This document shows positions 1-64,000 of a DNA stretch of 64,000 nucleotides, piece by piece. The notes under the pieces were generated by a model. That model ran no database searches and was not told the origin of the DNA. It was given only the letters and a program-made list of their open reading frames with translations. Numbering within the stretch: the stretch's first letter is position 1; every line of letters begins with the position of its first letter. The stretch lies in assembly GCA_963693365.1 (NCBI GenBank), contig CAVNZM010000012.1, positions 5,074,409 to 5,138,408 of the forward strand, in the 5' to 3' direction. The stretch comes from Amoebidium appalachense. Its lineage: Eukaryota > Protista > Ichthyosporea. Both the position numbers and the translations under genes were made by a program.

Positions 1-569
1 GTGGTGGTGAGAAAGGAAAGGCGGGAAGCAATGGTAGTGGTGATGGTGTTGTGTGTGTGTGCGTCGTGTGCCTGTGTTGCTCCCAAAGGGGGGGGGGGGA
101 TGAGGAGAACAGTGGGGGGATACCCCGGTGTGTGTGGGTGTAGGGGGGGGGGGGGAGGGGGGGGGATGGCAGCCATGCACCCAGGGTTGGAACTGACTAA
201 CGGGGTTTGCAGACGGCAACATAACACCATTTTTATCCGCATTTTACTGAGCACTTTTGTGTGGCTGGTTATCTGCTCTTGGTCGATAATATTCCCTTCT
301 TTTTCCCGTTTCTTTTTTATTTTTGGTGCAGCACGACTTAGATGAACAAGCCATATTTCCATGTGCATGCAAACCTTTACGATAAGGGTGCCAGTTCCAT
401 GGGTGTGGGCAAGGAGGGTGCATTAATTGTTGCACGGGCAAGCTCTACGTTTGTTCCTTCTGAAAAGTGTCTAATCAGGCTGTATGGACTTGCCCATGCT
501 TTGTGTGGCCAGGTGAGGGAGTATGCAGGTGTACAATGTACGTGCCAATCAATCGCCTTTTTTTTTTCT

Positions 570-611
<42 letters not shown>

Positions 612-884
612 AAAATTTTGTTCTTTTTTATTGTTCCTTAGATAAGAACTAAGCAGCAGCCAGTGACATATGTCTTTGTGGCCGGGTGGTGGTTGCTTTC
701 TTGACATATGTGTTGTTGCATCACTTACGAATGAAACAAACAAACGAGCAACTTGTAATCCCATGACACCTCCATCAACAGAGGCCGTATTTCACACCTG
801 ACTACATTGCATTCATTAGTCGCATTTCCACGCATTACTGACTTGTTTTCTTTTTTCTTTTTTCTTTTTTTTCTTTTATCTTAG

Positions 885-9173
<8,289 letters not shown>

Positions 9174-10035
9174 TGCTAGGGGGCTGGTTTTTGGCCTTTT
9201 TTGGACCGTTTTTTGTATCGAATTTGAGCCCAGTTTATAGTTTCGTTTATTTGTTTGGTTGGCTATTTTGCTGAAAAGTTTTCTGTGGATCAGGTACGGG
9301 CTTATCCTATGTTTTGTACTTTTTTCCCCCTTTCATTGGGAGTAGAGAGGTCAATCTAATATTAGTTATGCACGACCTGTGTTTTCCTATATGCAGAACC
9401 GAATTTCCGTATTGGTGTTGCATGGAGCAATGCTCTTTGATCGTACAGAGGTTTGTACGTACGTGATACATGTCTGATGGGAGACGAACCATTGAAAAGA
9501 TATGTTAAGACCATAATAAATTGATGATACAAACGACAAGTGTATCCCCTTTGCATTGTGAAGGTCCCGCGTTGTGTGTGTGTGCTTATGCGCATCTGCG
9601 TGTGTGCTTGTGGTGTGCGCGCGGACATGTGTGAGTGGGTGGGTGGGTGGGTGACGTGTGTGTGCGCGCATGTATGTGTGCAACTTGCATTGCACTTCTC
9701 GTGTATGATGTTGTCAGGGTATACCGGTTCAAAAGAGTGCATGTGTTTGATGCCACGGTTTCGGCTTGCCACTCTACTATTCCCTCTAATACATCATAGC
9801 CGGCTGGCTTATACATAATCTCTTGTTTACCAACCAGCGCACCGCACAACACACAACACACACCTTACTACGAAATGATTTCTGATAAGCTCAAAACATC
9901 TATTAATTCCACCACCCATCCTTCTCATGATCTGCCTAGGCCTGAATGCTGACAAACTATAATAGACTGGGCTGGGGTAAGATAGGTGACATGTATATGC
10001 TGCATGTGTTTATAAATCTGGATCCAAATCGATGC

Positions 10036-15860
<5,825 letters not shown>

Positions 15861-16344
15861 GTCAGGGGACTTTGTGAGTGTTGGGTAGTATACGTTTCGC
15901 CTGCCGCCAATAGTGTGTTTTCCTTGCCTACTTGATGATGTTGTGTCTTTTTGCGGTTTAGGTTTTGTGGCCAGTTTGCTTGTGTGTGTTTGTGTGTGGG
16001 TGCGGTGGTGGGTGGTGGGGCTGCACTGGGTGCTGGCACAGGATTCGTTGGCTGACTCGCTCGTTTGTGTGGTCTGTTTTACACATGGTTAGTATGATAG
16101 CGCGGTGTTTAAACGTAATGTGTCTTTTTTTTTTTTGGTATAGTAAAAGAGGCCGTATATGACGTAATACGTATAGGATGAGGGTCATATTAAACATGTT
16201 GCTGGTAGAATAGGCGGTCAAATTATATATGGTACCATGTGCTTCTAAATAGTATGAGAGACCGTGTTCGACATGATGAATGTGTGTGGGAGGTCCCATG
16301 CCACATCTTCTTCTAAAGTCGCCATGAAACTTTTTCGCTTTGAT

Positions 16345-24812
<8,468 letters not shown>

Positions 24813-25790
24813 GTTTGAATCCGAAAAAGAAGCCGTGCCCTAGAGGCTATACCGCGTTCAAAAGTTATAAGATCTGGCGTTTTTGTCCTATCAATGTGCA
24901 CACGAAAAATCGAAGACTAAAACACATATGCAGAGGAGGTTTGGTGTTGTGGTAGGCAGGTGATTTGGAATGTCACGTGCTTCGTACGTATTTAAGAGAT
25001 TAAGAGGCTAGCAAAAAAAAGGACTTTCTAAAATCAGTAGAGGTACAATCTATAAAAACTCCTGTTTGTGTACATAGACTCTCGTTCTGCAGGCCAAAAA
25101 AGGGGACAAGCCCTTCGTTCTATAAGGTTTCAGGCGCTTTTCGCGCGGGACAAAAGCGCCTTTTTTTTTACGACTGTAATTCTTCTGTGCTAACAATGTC
25201 TAACCTAGGCTCAACAAAAACCTGCTGTGGAAAAGCTATTCTGCATAACTCGTTTCCGCACACTATGTAGCTGAACGCTCATTTCATCCTTCTCCATCTC
25301 TCACACTGAAAGTTTCTTGGTCTTTCGTGTTGTGTCCGCTTAAGCCTGTCATGAACGCGCAACTACACTTGCACTGTGTGCCTCATTCTAACTAACTTAC
25401 CAAGTGATAAAAAGTTTTACTTGAAGTAAACTGGCATATCTTTTTCAACACTACTGAATAGAGAGGATACAGCAACAACAACTTGGCAAGATTCCTCCGG
25501 GGGAACTTCTCAGAACACGGAAGACTGTGATATTTGGTCTTTTCGCGCCAACATGATTTGTAACCAATTAATAAACCGTTTATTTTAGGAACCAATGACA
25601 GCGCTCATCCGCACAACAAGAATCTTGCCTCCGCGTCCGGCAGCCGGCCGGGAGCTCGAGTCACGCTGGGAGTCCGGGACCGCGGTCCGGGACTCTTCCG
25701 GGACTCCACACACTTTGCTCACACACACTCTATAGCTAGGCTCTCCTTTGGCAACCGCTACTTAAGATTCTTTTCTCTTAATACGCAGCG
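24813..25790. promoter_or_regulatory. Probable bidirectional promoter region (Pro-rich gene / GST)
   Basis: 978 bp between divergent ATGs with no long C/G tracts. Near-palindrome GAGTCCGGGACCGCGGTCCGGGACTC at 25670-25695. Role inferred from gene orientation only. Confidence 0.5.
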
Positions 25791-26744
25791 ATGCCTACAC
25801 TGCACTATGTTCCTCTCCGTGGCCGCGCGGAGCCCCTGCGCATAGCTCTTGCCGCTGCCCAGGTTGAGTACGTGTTGACTACACTGCCGTCAAGGCTCAG
25901 GCCGGGACGGCTGCCTGCCCGTTCGGCCAATGTAAGTTACTTTTTTGTGTTTTTCCCCCTCCCCTGATTAAATTCTGCTTGGCATAAAAAAAATGCTGTG
26001 AACGTTTCGAGTGCTCTACAGTTGATAGCTGTCGAAACCGTGCTGTGATGTGCTCGTTTGGTTGTGTGAAATGGGCTGAGAGAGAGAGGGCTTCGGGGAA
26101 GGGTGCTTGCGGTCTCATACACAGGGAAATTTGGCCCGTTCTGCGCTAAGACTCTTGCATGCACTCTTTTTTGTGCAAGATGCGTCTCCCATGAGCACCG
26201 TGTCTCTCACCGTTTGGTGCAGTACTTTCTATTTACGGTCTAGGCCCCCCCATGCCCCACGTCCCACCCCTGCCTCCTGCACCTCCTCCCCCTCCCTCCT
26301 CTCTTTCTAATGCTCTTTCCTTCCTTGTCTCCAAGCTGCTGATCTCCAACCCCTTTTGGTTCCATCCCTCCCAACCAATAATCATTATCCATTCTATGCC
26401 TTCCAGACTTCCGGATTGCTAACTCCTTCTCATTCCAACCTTCTTCCCTCCAGTCCCCATGTATGAAGATGGCGACCTCCTCCTTCCTCAGATGGATGCC
26501 ATTCTGCGCTACCTCGGGCGCAAGTATGATATGTATGGTACCGGGGAGAGTGAGGCTGCACACATTGACGCTGTGCTTGTGGGCGTGGAGGATATCCGCC
26601 GCAAATATCTGGACCTAGTCTACCAGTCAGTACCCCCTTTTCCCCAGCACTCACCCCCCTTCCATCGGGCCTTCTCCTTCTTGATTCTCACGCGGACACA
26701 CAATTAATCGCCCTCTCTCGCTCCCTCCCTCCCACGGTGCCGTT

Positions 26745-26877
<133 letters not shown>

Positions 26878-27420
26878 CCCCCCCCCCCCCCCCCCCCCCC
26901 CTCTCTCTTTCCCACACACACACACACACACCCACACACACCCTCTCTCTCTCCCCCCCCCCCCCCTCTCTCTCTCTCCCTCTCTCTCTATCTCTCCTTC
27001 CCCCCCCTCCCTCTCTCTTTCTCTCTCCTCCTGATATCCTGCTTTCGCCTCCGTTGGCGCTGGCTTAGTCTCTCTTTCTCTCCCCCCACCCCTTTCCGCC
27101 CTGTGCTGCCCGCCTCTGCCCCCCACATACACATAGACAGACACGTACTTCCCTATCCTCCCCTCAAGTTAACTGTTGCACCGTTTCTCTTCTTCTGCCC
27201 CCCTTCCCCCACCCACACCGCCCTTCCTTCTTCCTCCTCGACCGCTTCACCTTTCTCCAAACCCCGTCCTCTCTAATATTTCGGTGTCCCTGCTCACAAT
27301 CTAGTGCCCCCCCCCCCCCCCCCCCCCCGGGTGCAAAAAAAAAAAGAAGAAGAAGAAAGAAAAAAAGAAAAAGAAAAGAGAGTGCGAGGAGGAAGAGAGA
27401 GAGAGGGGGGGGGGGGGGGG

Positions 27421-27460
<40 letters not shown>

Positions 27461-28669
27461 AACATGCCCCTACACATATGCGCTCAGATACACACATGCA
27501 ATTGCTCTTCGCTGCTGTTATCATAAAACCCGGAAAGGAGGAATGATGTGTGGTTCCCATTTTGACCGCTACATATTGCATATTATATTCGCTCTATTCC
27601 ATCGAACTCACTAGTTTGACATTTGCATTAACAGAAACGCTCGAGTCTACCATCTTCAGAAACACATCAGAACTCATTTATTTATTCTAAAAATTCTAAT
27701 ATTCGAATATTATATTCTAAAACTCTAATAAAATTCTAATATTTTGAAATTTTCAGGAAGCAGCTTGCAGAGGATGCCAAGCAGGCCTACCAGGAGCTTC
27801 ACATTAGCAAGGCATCCATGCACACACGCAACGGGGGGGCACACTTTGGCTATCTGAGTGGATATTTGGAGAGGAATAACGGGGGCAGTGGGTTCGTAGT
27901 CGGCAACAAGCTGTCCATTGCTGATGTTCAGGTATGGGGGTGGGTGATGTGTGTGTGCTTGCATACCGGCACGCAGAGTCGCACGCGCGGACACAGAAGC
28001 ACACACACGTGTGTGTTTTGCTCGAATTGTGCACACACACATCGGCAAGCGCAAATAAGCTAACGCTGGTGACGTGCTTTATGCCTCTTCATATCGAATT
28101 CTCACATTGACCCAACTTGACGTGACGCATGTATGCACATTGTGAACGCACACACAGACCACACACAGGCACATTCACTCTGGGCAAAAATTTACTGAGA
28201 CGGCAGGTACACCCAGAAAGCGTCCGCGGGGGGGGGGAGGGGGAAGGGGGGCATGTTTGCACCTCAGTACATATAGGCTACTCCGCCCTAACGTTGCATT
28301 TTTTTTGCCTTTTATCCGATCTCTGCCCTGGCCCATAGTCACCTTGTTTTGCTGGTCCACAAACACATGCACACACTTTAACACCCACAAAAGCACATAT
28401 CATAAATACACACACAAGAGAGAGAGATTGGGGGGGGGGGGGGGGGGGGGGGGAGAAGAGGTTTTTCTGCGATCTGTATACTGTTGTGTGCTCAGTGTAT
28501 ACTCCCGCCCCTCTTTTGTGCAATCACCATCCCAAACCTAAATCATGTGGGCCACGGACCAGCACACACACAGAACGTTCAGACACACACACACCCACAC
28601 CTCGGCTCTCGCTTGACCATATTATGATGTTTTCACAACCCCTATCCCACGCTCCCCTCCCCCTAACTT

Positions 28670-28724
28670 CCTAATCAGACGCACACACATATGCACCGAC
28701 CTAATCAGACGCACACACATATGC
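28670..28724. repeat. 30-bp-period tandem duplication in GST intron 3
   Basis: CCTAATCAGACGCACACACATATGC at 28670 and 28700. Confidence 0.9.
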
Positions 28725-28845
28725 TCACCTTATCTCTCTCTCCCTAACCCCCCCCCCCCCCCCCCCCCCCCCCCGCCCCGCCCGCCCGCCCGCCTGCCCG
28801 CCCTCCCTCCGTCCACGGCCCCGGCCCCACCCACACTGCCATACG

Positions 28846-28877
<32 letters not shown>

Positions 28878-28878
28878 C

Positions 28879-28911
<33 letters not shown>

Positions 28912-30153
28912 TGCGCAGGTGTTTGAGATAGTGGATCTCCACCTTCGTGAGGCCGCCTTCCCCACTGCCCTGTCCACTGAATGGCCTCTCCTCAAGGCAC
29001 ACCACGAGCGTATTTCCGCCCTCCCCGGCATCGCCGAATACCTGGCCTCCCCTAGCCGTCCCACAAAGATCAACGGCAACAACATGGGCTGATTTTAGAC
29101 TGCATAATAAACTTTGTCACTGTGCGCAGGCATGCGCTGATTTTGGATTAGAATGGAAATACTATGTGAAAGGGTGCCGTGATTTAGGCCAAAACTTTGA
29201 TGGAGCCACCATACGTTGATTTTGGACTAAAAATAGAGCGACTGTGTGCAAGCATGTGCTGATTTTGGACGAAAAATGGATTGTGCAGGTGTCTTCAGTG
29301 AGTATGAAGTGTTTGCAGTAGAAAGCGATTGTGGACATGTGAATGTGACACTGTGCCAACCGACTAATAATCCCATATTTTTTATTAGGGGCATGATGTG
29401 GTTGTGGAGTAGTAAATGGTTTGACAAATCACATGCTGTGATAAATTTTCGACGTTCCGTTACTGTAAGATTAGGGCTACAAATACAAAAAAGGCACATA
29501 AATGTTTGGCCGCCAGAGGTACTTGGCATGTCGTTCACAAGGCAACTCGGTCGGTTCTGGTTAGACTGAAATGAAAGGGACCCCATGATCTATGTACTTA
29601 AGAACACCATATGCATGATGCAAAAAGTCTACATGAATCACATGAGCACCGTCTGTATCGCTCCATCAGCCCCCCCCCCCCCCCCCCCCCTCCCCACCAC
29701 CACTTTTCCACCTTCTCTTCCTGGGTACTATATATCGATATGTATCACTGGCCCTTAAATAAAATAAACCACAGCGAAAGTTTAACGATGCCCCGCCCCC
29801 CTCGGCCAGCACCAAAACGGGTTTGTGTCAGCTGAGAGAGAGAAAGTGAATTTCAAACCAAGCACCAAACTTTAAACACTTGCCGCCTCCCGGACTGGCA
29901 CCCCCTCAGATCATAAGGCCACCATGCGCACAAACTGAAATACGATCGAGATTTTCAAAAAAATGTGATTTATCGCGCTGAGCCCATGGTCCGAGCTTGA
30001 GTGCACGGTTGGCCAAGGGGGGGAGAGGAAGGGGGGATGTGGTGGTGATACGTGGTGATGGTGGTGGTTGCTTAAGGGGGGCGGGGGAGGGGGGGGAGGG
30101 GGGGGGGGGGGAGGGGGGGGGGGGAGGGGATGGGGGGAGGAGGGAGGGGAGGT

Positions 30154-30220
<67 letters not shown>

Positions 30221-30856
30221 GGGCTGCTGTCTTTGGTTGATCGAGGCTCCGAACACGCATCATGATATTTATGATGTGCAAAGGTGTGCACGAAGCGAGC
30301 AGGAACAGTTTCTGCTGAGAGCAGCAGGCAGATCATATTATTAGTTCAGGGTCAAGATAATCAATTACTTGGCAGATGATTCAGCTAAAAATTTCGAAAC
30401 CGTCTTTGAATCAAAATTCTGGGGGCTACCGTGGGTAGAAGGGGATTAAGACAGTGGGGGGCGGGAATCTGTGGCTTCACATGTGCCCTCAAATGCATAT
30501 TTAAAGGCAAAGGTTCAGGGCCGCAGCACCGAACATTTACTTCTCAGCTGCTGGAAGTAAACCAAAGAGTTCAATTTTCTGTTTGCCCACATTAAACGAA
30601 AAAACTCACCGTGTCATATATGCAGTGCGCACCATGTCATGCATGCATGGCAGCCTGTGAGCATACATGCATATCTCTCTTTGTCGGGGAAGGTGTTTTC
30701 CTCAACCCCAGGCCACCACATATCCTTATTTTCTGTCATATCATGCAGGAATACTGTACGGCTTCTATTTTTTTTTTTTTTTTTTTTTTTTTTGCACAAA
30801 CAAAACAACTATTTGTATGCGGTGGCTATGGAAAACATTTCCCCCTTCTTTTTTCC

Positions 30857-30911
<55 letters not shown>

Positions 30912-31093
30912 GGGGGGGAGGGGGGGGAGCAACAGAATATGTTGTGGAGATACACTGGTCTTTTCCCTTTCCTTTTCTTTCCTTTTCTTTTCTTTCTTTC
31001 TTTCTTTGTTTTTCCCCCTCCCCCCTCCCCCCCCCCCCCCCCCCCCCCCCCGTGTGACACACACACACGCCGTGATACACACACACACACTGT

Positions 31094-31173
<80 letters not shown>

Positions 31174-31210
31174 CACAGTGTCACACACACACACACACAC
31201 ACACACAGTG

Positions 31211-31270
<60 letters not shown>

Positions 31271-31859
31271 GCTTCGCGGTACATTTTTGCTGCCGTACAC
31301 ACAACTGCTACTCTGGGAAATAAAAAAAAGAAAAAGAGCACAACACAATTTATTACCAGGTCGCCCGCTTTTCCATTTGAGGAACCGGTGTGGCCGAGCG
31401 TGTAAGATCCTCGCCTCTCACACTAGAATTTGGCCCTCGGGCGGTGCCAGCCATTTTTGCAACAACTGTGCCCACATTTTGTAGGTGCAAAACGACAAGA
31501 ACTCTTTGAGTGCGCCGCAATTGCAAGTTGTTAAGGGAAAAGTCCTCCGAAGTCCTCAAGATAATGCATGATCATAGTACTAGTAGCGCAGGGAGACTGG
31601 CTTTGCCTTCACAGTGCACTTTATCACTTTTGCTGCCGTGCACAAAAGCTGGGTTTCGTATGATAATGAGAGCTACTAGTATACTATAAATGCTCAGACT
31701 CTATAAAAAAGCAGAATGCAAATACTATTTCAGCTGCAGCGGCCGCACGACGAAAAATTTGAAGGCCACGTGCACAACCACACCAGCAGAACTTGATGAT
31801 AGGTGGTGATTCTGCAAAAAATGAAAACAATTCTTTTTTAGCAGACTTAAATAAATTCA

Positions 31860-32425
31860 GAAAATTAGAATTATTCTGCAAAAGTGACAGGAATTAACCT
31901 GCCCCGCGGCCGGTACAGATGAATCATTATGCTTTGAACCGAACCAATGAACCATTTTGCTTGCTTAGCTATAGCTGAATTGTTCTGTACAATATAAAGC
32001 AAAATACTGAGCAAAAGGAGAATTATTCTGGAAAAGCTTTACACTAAGCCTGCTCCGAGCACATGAATCATTCTGAATTATAAACGAATCGTTCTGTTTG
32101 CTGGCTTATTCCGTAGCATTATTCAGCAAAAGGAGAATCATTCTGGAAAAGCTTTACATAATTAGCCCCGAGCACGTGAATCATTCTGCTTTGAGCAGAA
32201 CCAATGAATCATTCTGCTTGTCGAATTATTCCGTAAAAAGTAGAATTACTCAGCAAAAAGAGACTTATTCTGCAAAAGCTTTACAAGGATTAGTCTGCTC
32301 CGAGCAGATAAATTAAATTTGCTTTGAGCAGCATTAATAAATCAATAATTATATCTGTAAAAGGTAGACATATTCTGCCACGGAATTCGCAACAGAATAG
32401 ACCTGCCACAGCATGATTCTGCTTT
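31860..32425. repeat. Degenerate AT-rich satellite, period about 110-150 bp, with GAATYATTCTG cores
   Basis: Recurring AGAATYATTCTGSAAAAGCTTTACA...CCGAGCA..TGAATCATTCTG blocks starting near 31863, 32015, 32130, 32257 and 32365. Confidence 0.75.
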
Positions 32426-32696
32426 GGGCATTTAACCCCAATGGCACACTACTTATCATGTATGAGCAGTGTATGCTGGACCAGCCAGCATTCATTATTT
32501 CTCTAATACACCAGAACTGGAATATTTTGGAATTTCACGTCGTTATTCTCAATTGTGAAAATGCATGCAATGCCATTGAATGAAACTTCTAATGAAACTC
32601 CTATACTATTATACTACGCATACGCAAAGGTTTAAGCACGGACACAGCAAGGCGGGAAAATAAGAAACCAATTCAGCATTTCAACAATAAATAACC

Positions 32697-32738
<42 letters not shown>

Positions 32739-32941
32739 CCCCCCGCTCCCAGCTTGTACCCCTGCTTTTGTCTGTCAAGCAAATTCAGCAGGTTTTTTTG
32801 CTTGTACACGCGAATGTACAGTCGACTAGGTGACATCGATGTCATACACAAAACACAAATTTCCCAATGGTTCAAAAGCTTTCATTCCATTCATAGCTCA
32901 GAAATCGCACATCATAGAAGGGCTTTACGTCAAAGAGTAAG

Positions 32942-32976
<35 letters not shown>

Positions 32977-33147
32977 CCCCTCCTCTTCTTCAGCCTGCCC
33001 ACCACCCTTCCTCGTTTCACTGCGGCACATAACCAACAACAAAACCAACAAAACGTCCACACAAGCACACAGGTGGGCATACGTGCACAAACATCACAAA
33101 TAAATAAAACCAAACGAATAAAAAGACTAGAAGTAAAAATAAAAAAA

Positions 33148-38391
<5,244 letters not shown>

Positions 38392-39361
38392 GGTGGTCCC
38401 GCTAAGCCCTCTTGGCCTTTGAAACGAGCACTCACTCCAGCATGAAACTTACGTATTTCCCACTATAAAACGTGCAATTTATATCAGAAACAGCTGAAAA
38501 AAGGCAATTTATATCAGAAACAGCTGAAAAAAGGCAGATGGTTCAGAATTACAGTCACTTTATAATACTACGCACACCTTATTTGGAAAAGGGCGTGGTG
38601 TCAGGGACTCTTTCAAGGGGCCAGCAAAATTTGAAAGACAGCAACGGAATAATGTCTTATACTGGCTGGAACACTCGAATTGCAACAATACACCCGCGTT
38701 TTCATCACCATGCGAACTATTACGACCAATGCACATATTCACCCTTCCCCCTCTTTTGCTGCAGCTTGCCTACCGCCTGTCTTAAGAGTCCCCGCCACCC
38801 CCCTCAAGTTGTGCTCCCGCTGTGCATGTTTTCTGTGACTTCGTGTCGCCCCTTGAACTGTGAGCACATGTATGTTTCGAACCCTGCGTGTGTGCAATGT
38901 GTGCGCCTGTCAGTTTTGCGTTCGCGTAGATCTGATCACGTAATCGTGGCTCGCCGCTCATTTTTCTCGAGCTCCGAGGCTCGTTATTCAGTTTTTGTCT
39001 GTTTCACTGTGCGTAGAGTAGCAGCTAATGAGGTCTTTACATAGCACACAGCAGCCGGCTTAACATAGATATACGGCCCTACTAGCAAAAAGGCAGGGTA
39101 GCTGCAATAGCAGTTTAATGAAGTTCCTACTCTTTGGTTAGTTTTAACCGCACGGGGTCACACACAAGAGAGATCCCGAGGTTTCGTGTGTGAACGAGTT
39201 CGGAGCTTCACGTCCTCCACACCGGCGGTTCAGGGTAGCATATATAGTACTGTGGTTATAAATTGGAGAATAGGGAACATGTAGTTGGCTTGATTCAAAT
39301 CCTGGTCCCAACACGCGTGTTTGGGCTTAGTCTGGGGTTAGTTTGGGTTTTAGATCCGAAA
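38392..39361. promoter_or_regulatory. Probable bidirectional promoter region (RPC25 / VPS8)
   Basis: 970 bp between divergent ATGs, free of long homopolymers and microsatellites. Confidence 0.55.
38474..38536. repeat. 30-bp perfect tandem duplication upstream of RPC25
   Basis: GCAATTTATATCAGAAACAGCTGAAAAAAG x2. Confidence 0.95.
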
Positions 39362-63288
<23,927 letters not shown>

Positions 63289-63303
63289 GTAGGCTTCTCC
63301 CCC

Positions 63304-63350
<47 letters not shown>

Positions 63351-64000
63351 AGACACACACATACACATATACCTCCTATCCCATCGTCCCAACGAAAACA
63401 CACAGGCACAACTGGTATTACATATGCTTTGTGTGTGTTTTTTCCCTGTATGTCTACATGACTTTGCTGCGTGGTTATATTGTGCTTCATATTGTGTACC
63501 GCCATCTCATGCCTTCCCCCCATCCCTCCCTTTCCCAATCTCTCCCCCTCCCCCCGCCCCCCCCTCCCCTCCCCCTCCTCCCTTTCCCCCCCTCCCCCCA
63601 ATCCCCTTTCCCTCCAATTTCTCATCCACAACACTCACTGTTACCACCACCCAACCACCCACCCGCGATGAACATGTTTGCGATCATGCGATGAACATGT
63701 TGGCGGACCCGGGCAGAAACAACAGCAAATGCACTCAGGGAGGACAGAGTCTACGCTGTATACACACTCGAAATATCCCCCCCCCTCCCCCCCTTGGGCC
63801 CTCCCTGAGGATGGGCTCTGCTTATGACGCATACTGTGCGCATGGCTATGTTGCATACTTGAATGTTTGCCTTTGCATGTGTCCTTCGTGTATGCGTACT
63901 TCGTACCGTGTTCCGCATTCAAACCCCCCCCCCCCCCCCCCCCCCGGTCCCCCCTCCTCCCCTCCCCTTGAAGGGGATAGGGCTACGACTTTCGTTGTCC

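Noticed and set aside
342-512. Upstream exon(s) of the RRM gene
   Set aside because: Candidate AG..GT segments do not give RRM-like sequence; the preceding exon probably lies outside the window.
31400-31510. Reverse-transcriptase-like peptide (FCTYKMWAQLLQKWLAP, - strand)
   Set aside because: Short, followed by a stop, with no other RT motifs; cannot be supported without a search.
31860-32425. CRISPR-like repeat-spacer array
   Set aside because: Repeats are degenerate, the intervening segments resemble each other, the context is eukaryotic and there are no cas genes.

Overview
Intron-dense eukaryotic nuclear DNA (taxon not identifiable from the sequence alone), so most of the supplied ORF track is translated microsatellite. 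Splicing exons by hand (all GT-AG, phases checked) gives six genes: a 5'-partial hnRNP Q/R-like RRM protein with a prion-like tail and terminal PY-NLS (+); an unknown coiled-coil protein (-); a Pro-rich protein with a degenerate GATA-like Cys4 finger (-); a Pi-like glutathione S-transferase with a frameshift (+); RNA polymerase III subunit RPC25 (-); and a 3'-partial VPS8 (+, 30 exons). The most striking feature is intron architecture. Nearly every intron holds 20-70 nt poly-C/poly-G tracts and (CA)n/(TG)n arrays. C-tracts often start 5-20 nt after weak GT donors on the sense strand of genes of both orientations, and (CA)n often replaces the polypyrimidine tract. The two ~970 bp divergent promoter regions lack these tracts. 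Also seen: two TTAA-flanked MITEs, a decayed hAT-like MITE, tandem duplications (several bounded by C-tracts), and reading-frame disruptions in the three central genes. All counts were made by eye, and homopolymer lengths may be sequencing artefacts.
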